A program made the position numbers and the translations under genes. From a bacterium (GTDB lineage Bacteria; UBA8248; JACPRG01; G963555815): a DNA stretch of 64,000 nucleotides. The notes beneath the pieces were generated by a model. It was not told the origin of the DNA. It made no database searches and was given only the letters and a program-made list of their open reading frames with translations. Position 1 is the first letter of the stretch, and each line of letters starts with the position of its first letter. The stretch spans positions 2,176,001 to 2,240,000 of the forward strand of contig OZ244653.1 of the NCBI GenBank assembly GCA_965218795.1, written 5' to 3'. Shown here one piece after another: positions 43,051-53,298 of the stretch.

Positions 43051-43421
43051 GCCACCATCATCACGACGGCGGTCTGCTCGGGGCTTGCGGACATTCACCG
43101 TCGACAGCCGGCGATCATCGATCCGGACCGGGTCCCGCCTGATCGCCTCTCTCTCGTCCGTCTTCTCCTCTAGGTTCATCCTTTCCGTTCCACCTGTTGT
43201 CTCCCCGGTTGTTTGCCGCACCCCCGCGCATTCCACCGCGGATGTGCTCACGAATGTCAACCAACTGTAGGTCATACACTATCGATACCCATGGGCGAAC
43301 TCGCATCTTCCCCTTATGTTCCTTCCCATGACAACGCTCGATTCCGACTCCGATATGCCCCTGGACGAGCGCCCGCGCCGGACCCGGGGAAGAAGAAAGA
43401 CCGCGGACTTGGGCGGCCCTT

Positions 43422-43781
43422 CTACGGGGACCAGGTGCTCGGGCCATGATCGTGAGGGTGATCCGGGTCGTTCAGATCCCGGTCCTCGATGTCGCGGAGC
43501 CAGGCGTAGCGGCCGGTCCGGGTCGACCAGTCGAACCTGTCACCGCCCTCTTCCGGGAGCTCGCAGCGGCCGAAGGCGGACCAGTCGCGGTAGCGGAGAC
43601 CCCGCCACAGGGCGCACGCGAGGGCGGCAAGGACGGTCCATATCATTGCCCAGAACCAGATGCCCCCCAGGAAGCGGACACCGGTCCCGGTGGCCACGGA
43701 AAAGACGGTGACGGCAAGGGCGAGCGATATCCCGCCGAGGACGAAGGCCTGGGCGCGCCGGCTGCCGGATGGGTCGGACAT
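43422..43781 (-). CDS. Small membrane protein
   Basis: 119 aa with two hydrophobic segments; GGAGG RBS. Confidence 0.55.
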   Translation of the reverse strand: MSDPSGSRRAQAFVLGGISLALAVTVFSVATGTGVRFLGGIWFWAMIWTVLAALACALWRGLRYRDWSAFGRCELPEEGGDRFDWSTRTGRYAWLRDIEDRDLNDPDHPHDHGPSTWSP

Positions 43782-43949
43782 GGTTCGTACCTCCGGGGTC
43801 GGGGTTCAAGGCGTCTCGGGTGTCACCGGGTCTCTTTGGCCCCGGGGTCCCTCACCCGGGCCCCGCCTTCCCCGGCCTCTGCCCGGCGCATTGCAACGGA
43901 ACGGCGCCGAGACCGCCGCTGTCCACACAACCTTGAACGGGAGGACCCG

Positions 43950-46055
43950 ATGATGTTCGGCAACGCGACGCTCAGAGGCGGCCAGACCCTGGTCCACGAC
44001 GTCCACATGTGGGGCCAGCTGGTCAGGTGGGGGCTTTTCGGCATCGTCCTGACGGTGGTCCTGGTCCCCGCCGTGGCCCTGTTCCGCACCACAACCGCCC
44101 ATGAATGGCGCCTCGTCGGAACGGGCACCCTCGCCCAGGTCAAGCTCGCCCTCGGGTATCCCCGCCATTCCCTCCAGACGTACGAGTGGCGGGAGGGCCA
44201 AAAAACGGCCCTGAGAATCGTGGATATCGCCCAGGACCCCAGGATCGAAAGGATCCGGAAACGCATGCTCCATACGGTCTACGCCAAGGCGTGGCTCGGC
44301 CTCTGGATCGGAGTGGGGGGCATGGTCCTGTGTACGGTCCTGTTCTCTGTCCTGGGAAGACGCCTGGACCGCGCACAACGGGTCCGCGGCGCGGAGATGG
44401 CCACGGCCCGGGAGTTGAGAAGGCGCGTGCAGCCCGTGTCCGCGCGCCTGGCCGAGGCCCTGTTCCCCGCCGCGCGCCGGGCCTCGTGCCGCATCGCCGG
44501 GATCCCCTGGCCCAGGCGCGCCGAGACCCAGCACACCATCGTCTCCGGCACCACCGGATCGGGCAAGACCGTGCTGATCTTGGATCTCGTCGCCCGGCTC
44601 CGCGCCCGGGGCGAGCGTTGCATCCTCTACGACAAGATGGGGAGCTATACCCGCTCCTTCTTCGATCCCGCCCGGGACGTGCTCATGAAGCCCCTGGACG
44701 CCCGGGCGCCCCGCTGGTCCCCCTTCTTCGAGGCCCAGACCCCCCGGGACTTCGACATGATGGCCGCCGCCCTCATCCCTCAGCAGAAGGACACGGTGGA
44801 CCCCTTCTGGGTCACCGCCGCCAGACAATTGTTCTCGAATGGTGCAGGCGTGCTCTGGAAGCAGGGGGAGACCCGGAACCGGGTCATGGTCGACCATTTG
44901 CTCAAGACCGACCTGACCGACCTGGCCCAGGCCATGGAGGGCACGGTGGCCCAGTCCATCGTGGATCCGGACAACCCCAAGACCGCCCTTTCGGTCCGCG
45001 CCATGCTGACCGCGCACCTGGGAGCGCTGGAGTTCCTGCCCGATACGGACGAGCCCTTCTCGATCCGGGACTGGGTGGGAAGGGAGGACGGGACCGGGTT
45101 CCTGTTCCTGACCTCGAGGGGCGACCAGCACGCGAGCCTGCGGGGGCTCATCTCCACCTGGCTGGAGATCGCGGTCAACGCGCTCCTCTCCCTCCATCAG
45201 GACGATGCGCGCCGGGTCTGGGTGGTCCTGGACGAACTGCCCACCCTCCACCAGGTGCCGAGCCTCCAGCCCGGTCTGGCCGAGTCCCGCCAGTTCGGGG
45301 GGTGCTTCGTCCTCGGGATCCAGGTGATCTCGGCCCTGCGCGACCTCTACGGAAAGAACGGGGCGGAGACGATCTCGGGGCTCTGCGGTACCCGGGTGGT
45401 GCTGGCCGCGCCCGATCAGGAGACGGCCCGGTGGTCGGCCGAGAGCCTGGGGCGGGGCGAGGTGGAGGAATATTCCCACGGGATGAGCTACGGGGCCAGC
45501 GTGCTGCGCGACGGGGTCTCGCTGACCCAGCGGCGGGAGATGCGTTCCCTGGCCCTGCCGTCGGAGATCATGCGGCTGGAGAACCTGCAGGGGTATCTGA
45601 AGTTCCCGGGGCCGTGGCCCGTGGCCCGGATCAAGCTCGACTACGTCAAGAGGCCCAAGGCGGCCGAACGGTTCGTGCCAAGGGAGGAAGGTCCTTCGGA
45701 GCAAGGCGGTTGGGTCTCCGATGTGACCGCGGCCGATTCCGGAAGCAGGCACGACACCGATGCCCCGGCCCCGGGCGATGCCGGGAACGAAAGTGAGAAT
45801 GGCGATACGGGCGCGGCGGGTTCGGCGGCCGGATGGACCGGCGATCAACCCGAGCTCGGTCTCGAGCCGGCCCCGGCCGAATGCCGCGCGGTGGAAGCGG
45901 AAGGCGCGGAAATGCCCGAGGTCCCGGCTGCCGGTTCCGGCGGCCGGGATTCCGTCCTTTCCGGGCAACGGGAAGACCCCGCGGCCGATCAGGATAAACC
46001 CGAGGACAACGGCGCCGGCGGCGCGGACGGGCGCTGTCCGCCCGACTGGCTGTGA
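43950..46055 (+). CDS. traD: Type IV coupling protein (TraD/TrwB family)
   Basis: Two TM segments, GTTGSGKT, YDK.G, DPFW, LDELPTL, ESRQFGG, LPSEIM.L. Confidence 0.9.
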   Translation: MMFGNATLRGGQTLVHDVHMWGQLVRWGLFGIVLTVVLVPAVALFRTTTAHEWRLVGTGTLAQVKLALGYPRHSLQTYEWREGQKTALRIVDIAQDPRIERIRKRMLHTVYAKAWLGLWIGVGGMVLCTVLFSVLGRRLDRAQRVRGAEMATARELRRRVQPVSARLAEALFPAARRASCRIAGIPWPRRAETQHTIVSGTTGSGKTVLILDLVARLRARGERCILYDKMGSYTRSFFDPARDVLMKPLDARAPRWSPFFEAQTPRDFDMMAAALIPQQKDTVDPFWVTAARQLFSNGAGVLWKQGETRNRVMVDHLLKTDLTDLAQAMEGTVAQSIVDPDNPKTALSVRAMLTAHLGALEFLPDTDEPFSIRDWVGREDGTGFLFLTSRGDQHASLRGLISTWLEIAVNALLSLHQDDARRVWVVLDELPTLHQVPSLQPGLAESRQFGGCFVLGIQVISALRDLYGKNGAETISGLCGTRVVLAAPDQETARWSAESLGRGEVEEYSHGMSYGASVLRDGVSLTQRREMRSLALPSEIMRLENLQGYLKFPGPWPVARIKLDYVKRPKAAERFVPREEGPSEQGGWVSDVTAADSGSRHDTDAPAPGDAGNESENGDTGAAGSAAGWTGDQPELGLEPAPAECRAVEAEGAEMPEVPAAGSGGRDSVLSGQREDPAADQDKPEDNGAGGADGRCPPDWL

Positions 46056-48962
46056 TGGTCGTCTCGATCGGCGCCGTCGCGTCCTCGGCCCAGGGCATCT
46101 CCTATTACGAGAGGGACGGCTACTACGCCAGGGACGACCCGGCCCACAGGGACGCGAGCGCCTGGACCGGCAAGGGCGCGGAGGACCTCGGCCTCTCCGG
46201 TCCGGTCGAGCCGGACCTCTTCAAGGCGGTGCTGGAGGGCAAGGTACTCGACGGGACCGGACGGCAACTCGGACGCGGGGGACCCGATGGGGCCCTGCAG
46301 CACCGGCCCGGGCGGGATCTCACCTTCTCGGCCCCAAAATCCGTCTCGCTGGCGGCGCTGATCGGCGGCGACGGGCGCGTGGTCGACGCCCATGACCGGG
46401 CGGTCAAGCGCTCGCTGGCCTGGATCGAGGGCAACGCCGCCGAGACCCGGTTGAAGGACCCGGAGACCATCTGCATGGTCCGCGCCGGGGACCAGAAGAC
46501 GGTAGCCGCGACCTTCCGGCACGACGCCTCGCGCAATCTGGATCCCCAGCTCCACACCGCACGCGGTCCTCGCCAACATGGTCCAGGGCGGGGACGGCAA
46601 GTGGCGGACCATGGCCAACGAGGCGCTCTACCGCCGCCAGAAGCTGATTGGCATGATCTACCGGAGCGAGCTCGCGCGGGAGTTGGGCAAGCTCGGTTAC
46701 GGCATCGAGAAGAGCCATGCCGACGGGCGCTTCGAGATCGCCGGGGTCCCCAGGAAGGTCATCGAGGCGTTCTCGACCCGACGGGCGGAGATCGAGGCGG
46801 CGGTGACCGAGCGGGGCATGAGCGGCACCGCCGGGAACCAGCGCCTCGCCGAGCGCGCGGCGCTGATGACCCGGGCCCACAAGCGCGAGGTCGACAAGGC
46901 GGCGCTCAGGGCAAGCTGGGAGAAGCAGGCCGCCGGGTTGGGGTTCGACGCGCGGGAGCTCGCCGCCGAGGCCGCGGCGAGGGAAGCCGGCAGGGACTCC
47001 GGCCGGGAGAACGCTCCCGCACGGGATGTCGATCCCGCTTCGGCGGATGCCGTCGGGTCTCCCGCCTCCATCGCGGAAACCGACCCGGCGCGGCGGGAAC
47101 CGGCAACGAAGGAGCCGGCGGTCGAGGCCGCGGAGAAGGCGTTGGGCGATCTCGAAGGTCAGGGACGGCTCCATGCCGCGCCGGCATTGCATGCAGGCGA
47201 CGGCCTGACCACCGACAAGGCCCTCGCCGGCGAACGCGAGACGATCGGGCTGATGCGGGACGGCCAGGACCGGGGCCGGGCGGCGATGCGAAGCTGGATG
47301 GCGAGCGCGCGGCTGCACAAGGGACCGCTCACCGAGGGCCAGAAGCAGGCCGTCAAGCTGATCCTGTCTTCGAAGGACCGCGTCGTCGGCGTGCAGGGCT
47401 ATGCCGGCACCGGCAAGACCACCATGCTGAGGCGCGCTAACGGGCTCGCGGGCAAGAGCGGCTACCGCATGATGGGACTGGCCCCTTCGGCCTCGGCGGT
47501 CAAGACGCTCGGGACGGAAGCCGGGATCGAGAGCGAGACCCTGCAACGCTTCCTCGCGCGCAACGCCGGGATCGCCGAAGGGCGTTTGACGAAGAAGGGC
47601 GAGAAGGAGATGCGCGCGGCGTTCGCGAAGACCGTGCTGGTGGTGGACGAGGGCTCGCTCGCCTCCACCGTCCAGGCCCGCGACCTCCTGAGGATCGCTA
47701 ACGTATTGCGCCTTCCCCGCGTGGTCCTGGTCGGCGACGAGAAGCAGCTCGACGCGGTCGACGCCGGTAAACCCTTTGCGCAGTTGCAGCGGGCAGGGAT
47801 GAAGACGGCGGTGATGGACGAGATCCTGCGCCAGCGCGACCCGGAGCTGAAGGCGGCCGTGGAGGCGAGCCTCGCCGGCGAGATCGGCAGGGCCTTCGAG
47901 AAGCTCGGCCCCAACGTGGCCGAGGTCCAGGCCGACAACATCGCGGGCGCGGTGGCGGCGCGCTGGCTCAAGCTGTCCCCCGAGGCGAGAGAGAACACCG
48001 GCGTCATGGCGCCGAGCCATGAGCTTCGCCGGGAGATCAACGGCCATATCCGGGAGCGCCTCGCGCGCGACGGCAGGATCCACGGCCCCGCCTTCACGGG
48101 CGAGCGGCTGGTCTCCCACGGCTACACGAACGCCGAGAAATCGCTCGCGGCCAACTACGCCGAGGGCGATATCGTCGCCTTCCATCGCCCCTACAAGACC
48201 CTGGGGGTCGACAAGGGCGACGAGCGCCGGGTTGCCGGCGTGGATCACAAGAGCCATACGGTGATACTCGAAGGCGGGGACGGCGCTACCGTTCCCTGGA
48301 AGCCGGGCCGGATCGCCGGGCGGTCCGGCGGCGTCGAGGTTTACCGCGCCGAGGGCATCGAGCTTCGCGCCGGGGAGCGCATCCGCTGGACCCGCAACGA
48401 CAAGGGCCTCGGCCTCGTCAACAGCCGCACCGCCGAGGTCGCGAGCGTGAAGGACGGCCGTGTGACCTTCCGTCTGGAGGACGGGCGCATGCTCGACATG
48501 AAGGCGGGCGATCCCCAATTGCGCCATCTCGACCACGCCTGGGCCTCGACCGTGCATGCCTTTCAGGGGCGGACGGTGGACAACGTGATCGCGGCGATGG
48601 AGGCCAATCACCCCCACCTCACCACGCAGAAGAGCTTCTATGTGGAGATCAGCCGCGCCCGCGACCGGGCCGAGTTGGTGACGGACGATGCGGCGCGACT
48701 GCGCGAGCAACTCGAAACCGCGACGGGCGAGCGGGTCTCGGCGCTGGAGGGGATCGGAGAGGCGGCGCGGGACGAGCGGACAAAGGGCATGGAAGCCGAT
48801 GCGAAAGCGGGACGGACGGCGGCGCGGGAGACAGAAGCCACCCGGGATACGGACCGAGGCGGGAGCGAGGCGGCCGGGAAAGAGACCGAGCCGGTCGTGA
48901 GGAACCGGGAGCCGGCTGCGCCGGACCGTGGGAAACGGGTCGAGATGGACTTGGGCCTTTGA
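46055..48962 (+). CDS. trwC: MOBF relaxase-helicase (TrwC/TraI-like), frameshift near 46559
   Basis: YYERDGYY, DLTFSAPKSVS, HDASR.LDPQLHT/HAVLANM, GYAGTGKTT, VDE, LVGD..QL, TVHAFQG, YV.ISRAR. Confidence 0.9.
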
Positions 48963-49028
48963 GAGCGAGGTCTGCGCTCGCTGAAGCCAGGATCAATCCA
49001 AAGGACGCATAAATCCGACCCTGATAGC

Positions 49029-49280
49029 TTGGCTGGGTTTGAGCCACCGGACTGTGTGAAAGGTGATGTGGCTAGGATATGGCTCTATATGCACGAAATC
49101 CATAAGGTTCAGATTCCAACTGAGGAACATGCGATGTTCCTAATATGGGCTGCGAGCGATCCGGTCAGCCCATGGGAACTAAAACGCGATGGGCTGATTG
49201 CCAATGTTCAAGGGAACAGCAATCCCTATATCTCAGGCACGGTGCCGTCAATTGATGGTTCTTGTACTTGGGAGAAATAG
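49029..49280 (+). pseudogene. Endonuclease I (EndA) C-terminal fragment
   Basis: FEPPD.VKGDVAR...YM, W...DPVS.WE..R...I...QGN.NPY. Confidence 0.75.
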
Positions 49281-49386
49281 GTCGATCGCCAGCAACTCAG
49301 CCTCGAACCGCGTCATCTGGCTGGTTGATGCCCTGACGAAGCGCGCGATGCCCCCCTGGCCACACAGTGCGGCGAGGCCGCCCGCT

Positions 49387-50748
49387 TCAGGCTGCCGGCC
49401 GCGGTGCTCCTCCGCTTCTCGTGGATCGACTGCGATGACGGTTTTTACCGGGCCGGCCGGTCTTGGGTTCGGGCCTGTTACGGGGCTTCCGAGTTCTGCC
49501 ATTGGGTCTGCGCCCGCCGCGCTGATCCGGTGAGGCCGGCTTGGGATCGGCCGGATCGGGTTCGTCACCAATCACCGTCAGCCGGCACTTGATCAGTTTT
49601 TCGATATCGCTCAGATAGGCGCGCTCGGTCGGATCGCAAAAGGCAATCGCCGCACCGCCCGCACCGGCCCGCGCTGTCCGCCCGATTCGATGGACATAAT
49701 TTTCCGGCTCGTTGGGGAGTTCGTAATTGATGACATGGCTGACGGAATCCACATCGATGCCGCGGGCCGCGATATCGGTCGCCACCAGGACCCGTGCCTG
49801 GCCGTCGCGGAATCGTTTGAGGGCGCGCTGGCGGGCACCCTGGGATTTGTTGCCGTGGATCGCCTCGACTACGACACCGCCCTTGCCGAGTCGTTCTGCG
49901 ACACGGTTGGCATGGTGCTTGGTGCGCGCAAAGACAATCACTCGCGACATGGCGGGATCCTTGAGGATGGTGTCGAGCAAAACCCGCTTCCCGGCGGTGC
50001 TGACGTGATAAATGCTCTGCTCGATACGATCGATCGGCGTTGCCTGGGGCGTCACCTCTACCCGCACCGGATCGGTCAGGATCTCGGCCGACAGCCGGGA
50101 AATTTCGCTGGGCATGGTAGCGGAAAAAAGCAACGACTGGCGAGACTTGGGCATCGCCGCCATGATCTTGCGGACATCGTGCACAAAACCCATATCGAGC
50201 ATCCGGTCGGCTTCATCGAGGACCAGGAATTCGATCGCATCGAGCCGGACATGCCGCTGCTCCATTAGATCGAGCAGCCGCCCGGGCGTCGCAATTAGAA
50301 TGTCGAGCCCACGAACCAGCGCAGTGACCTGCGGCTTCTGGCTGACACCACCGAAGATCACGGTCTGACGCAGCGCGAGGTGCTTGCCGTAGGCGCGGAA
50401 TTCCTCACCGATTTGGATAGCAAGCTCGCGGGTTGGCGCCAGGACCAGGGCGCGCGGGATGCGGGATGCTTTGTTGGTGCTGTTGTGATTGCGGTTTTTG
50501 ACATTGTTGCGGTTGTTACGGGTGGCGCCTTCGTCGCCACATGGCCGCGACAACTGCTGAAGAATGGGCAGCGCAAAGGCCGCGGTTTTGCCGGTTCCTG
50601 TCTGGGCAATACCCAGCATATCACGCCCGGCGAGAAGCTCTGGGATGGCTCGCGCCTGGATAGGCGTTGGGGTTACGTGGTCTCTGCCGGTCAACGCACG
50701 CTGAATCGGATCGGCCAAACCGAGGTCCGAGAATTTACGAATAGTCAC
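49387..50748 (-). CDS. rhlE: DEAD-box RNA helicase (RhlE-like)
   Basis: Q motif, AQTGTGKT, PTRELA, DEAD, SAT, HRIGRTAR. GTG start with RBS. Confidence 0.9.
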   Translation of the reverse strand: MTIRKFSDLGLADPIQRALTGRDHVTPTPIQARAIPELLAGRDMLGIAQTGTGKTAAFALPILQQLSRPCGDEGATRNNRNNVKNRNHNSTNKASRIPRALVLAPTRELAIQIGEEFRAYGKHLALRQTVIFGGVSQKPQVTALVRGLDILIATPGRLLDLMEQRHVRLDAIEFLVLDEADRMLDMGFVHDVRKIMAAMPKSRQSLLFSATMPSEISRLSAEILTDPVRVEVTPQATPIDRIEQSIYHVSTAGKRVLLDTILKDPAMSRVIVFARTKHHANRVAERLGKGGVVVEAIHGNKSQGARQRALKRFRDGQARVLVATDIAARGIDVDSVSHVINYELPNEPENYVHRIGRTARAGAGGAAIAFCDPTERAYLSDIEKLIKCRLTVIGDEPDPADPKPASPDQRGGRRPNGRTRKPRNRPEPKTGRPGKNRHRSRSTRSGGAPRPAA

Positions 50749-50971
50749 TATAAGAATCCTTAATGTGCCATATGGCGCGGCAAACGTCATAGACGCTGCC
50801 GGTGCTTGGCATGTCGCCCTTACCGGGCGCGGCCAGTAGGAGAAGATTTTTTGATTATTGTTCCCGGGACGTGGTGCCGCCCGTGGGCGGCGCTTCGCGC
50901 AATCGCGAGACAATCTGCGGCGAAGATATGGGTCCTAGGGCCGGAGAAGTCAAGCAAATCAATTTTTCGGT

Positions 50972-51049
50972 TGGAGTTGACCCGCTTCGGTGGACACTTT
51001 CAGACTTTGGTCAAGAGGTATTCACCAAGACGGTGAAGTTGACCCTGGG
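50972..51049 (+). mobile_element. IS3-type terminal IR sequences abutting the IS110
   Basis: tggagttgacccgcttcggtggacac (50972) and tgaagttgaccctggg (51034). Confidence 0.5.
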
Positions 51050-52431
51050 ATTCTTCTATGTCTGTCAATAGCCGGAATCCGGTCAGATCAACGCTCCGCC
51101 AGGCGGGCTCTTCCTGCGCGTCTCAAGTAGCTTGAATACGCGTCGGGCCAGGAATCGCTTCAGGCAACGCCTAATCTCGCGGTCTGTCTTCCCTTCGGCG
51201 CGCCTGCGTTCGACATAGCGTCGGGTCTCTTGGTGGTGGACCCAACGAACGAGGACGGCACTGTGGATCGCACGATTGAGCTTGCGGTCGCCGCATCGGT
51301 TGAGGCAGTGGCGGGCCGTTTGGCCTGACGATGCGGGGATCGGAGCGACTCCGGCGAGGTTCGCGAATGCGGCTTCGGAGCGCACGCGTCCCGGGTGCGA
51401 CCAGGCGCACACCATCTCGGCCGCGTTGACCGGTCCGATCCCCTGCTCCTGGAGGAGTGTAGAGGCGAGTGCGCGAACGAGTGGTTCGAGTTCGGCGTCG
51501 AGTTCCTTGATTTCGTCGTTGAGACTTTGGATCCGGCGGGCTATCGCGCGAAGCGCCATGCTCGTGCCGCGCTGCTCGTCCGTGTGAGTTGCAGCAATTC
51601 TCAGCTTCGCACAGCGCTGAGCGAGAGGTGGGGATTTCAGACTCCGCAGCTTCGCTCGCAGCGTCTCGGGCGCGGTGGTGACCAAGGCCTGGAGATGATT
51701 GAACGCTGGCGTACGGGCTCGTACCGCGCCTTTCGCGCGTGCGTAGAATCGCCCTCAGCGCTTCACGATGGCCGTGCCCACGCAGCTCGGTGGTCTCGCC
51801 TCGGGCCAGACATTCACGTGCGGCCCGTGTGGCGTCGAGCACGTCGGTCTTCGCGCCGTTCCTTCGAGCCGGGCGTTTGGGCCGGTCGATCTCGATGACC
51901 CGTTCCCCTCCATCGATGAGATGACTCGCCAGCCCACGCCCGTAGCCGCCAGCGCCTTCGATCGCCCATATCCGGGATCCGGAGGCGTGCTGTCGCGCGA
52001 AGGTGAGCATCCGAGCATATCCCTTCCCATCGGCAGGGAGCTCGATGGCTTGAAGTTCCGCACCTCGTGTATCGACGATAGACGCGGTGTGGGTGTGCTT
52101 GTGCGTGTCGACGCCGATGATGAACAAAGCGTCCGTTTCCGGGTGGGCCATAGTCAGCACCTCCGCTAGAGTCGGTGATGACGCCGGCCTGAAGGGGTCT
52201 CCGTGCGGCAGGACTTAGACGGGTCATACACCCGTGATGGGAGTAGACAGTCTTCTGATCAGGCCAAGACGGGGGTCACGCCGGTGCCGTTCAAGCAGTG
52301 TTGACAAATCCCCGCAAAGGCACTTCCTGAAGGGAAAGGCCGGTAACTCCATGAGTCACACACCGCTTGAAGACGACCAGCCTGACGACACCCAATCGTG
52401 TGATGAGCAGCCAAGCTGGTCACGGTAGAGG
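51048..52431 (-). mobile_element. IS110-family element; recombinase 52160-51083 with a frameshift near 51732
   Basis: DEDD motifs GVDTHK, IEG, KTD..DA; GVAP.PASSG; NR.GDRKLN. Typical end TTGACAgacatagaagaatcc. No long IRs. Confidence 0.88.
52165..52415 (-). ncRNA. Candidate IS110 bridge RNA
   Basis: ~260-nt non-coding end with two stems (52290-52371, 52186-52265), each enclosing an internal loop and a central hairpin. Confidence 0.6.
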
Positions 52432-53298
52432 CGAGAACACAGACGAAGGGCGGTCAATTCTTGGGTCATCCTCGCGACTGCAGTGTCCAGCGTATATGCC
52501 GCTCTCATACGAGACCAGCGACGGCTACTGATTCTCTAAGTAACTGCATCCTGCCGCACTACTCGTCGTTTGCAATCGACTAAATGCCCACCTTCCGTTG
52601 TAAATTCACTGATCGTCTGCGATGGCAGGTTCTGATCGTTCATATAGTTCCGGATGGTCTCACAACTTCCGTCGGTGGAAACCTCTAACTAATCAAGAAG
52701 GAATTAGGATATTGCAGAAACGATAAGCTACAAAACGACGATTTTGGAAATCGAGTAGTGCTGTGTGCCAACATTGAATGTGGCTACGCCACGGACGCTC
52801 TGGCGTTGGAAATACAGTGCTTCTTAGACACTTGAGCCTGTTACATGGCACTCCGTCCCTCGCAGCGTGGAACGGAAGAAAAGCGAAGTGTTGATGATAG
52901 TTTGAGCGAACCGATTAGAGGTGTGGGGCTATCCTCTCCACGAACATTGTGACTAATGCAAGTAAATATGTACTCGAATGACCAGACGCTGCGCGTCACA
53001 GTTTTTCCTCAAATATTTGACACGGCCGGGCCTATAGCTTAACAATGCTTCTTGTGTGTAAGTGTGCGCCGAATGGGTGGACAAGGAATGGTCCTACCAT
53101 TCCGATCTGTAGCAATTCCGATACGACTGGCCCATTCGCACACTCAACGTTCTGGCCAAGTTCACCTAGAAGGGCTTGGATAGCTGCTCTGCTCATTCGG
53201 CCCGAAAGCGTGATGTGGTAAACATCAATGCACAAACAACCTGACCGGGCGATCTTATGGCAGTCGGCACCATCAAATCTCACTCGGTTGGCAAAAGC

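Noticed and set aside
43806-48710. 720- and 768-aa minus-strand ORFs
   Set aside because: Shadows of traD and trwC.
52440-53290. Functional gene or ncRNA upstream of the NACHT gene
   Set aside because: Only short stop-interrupted frames; no repeats or convincing structure seen.
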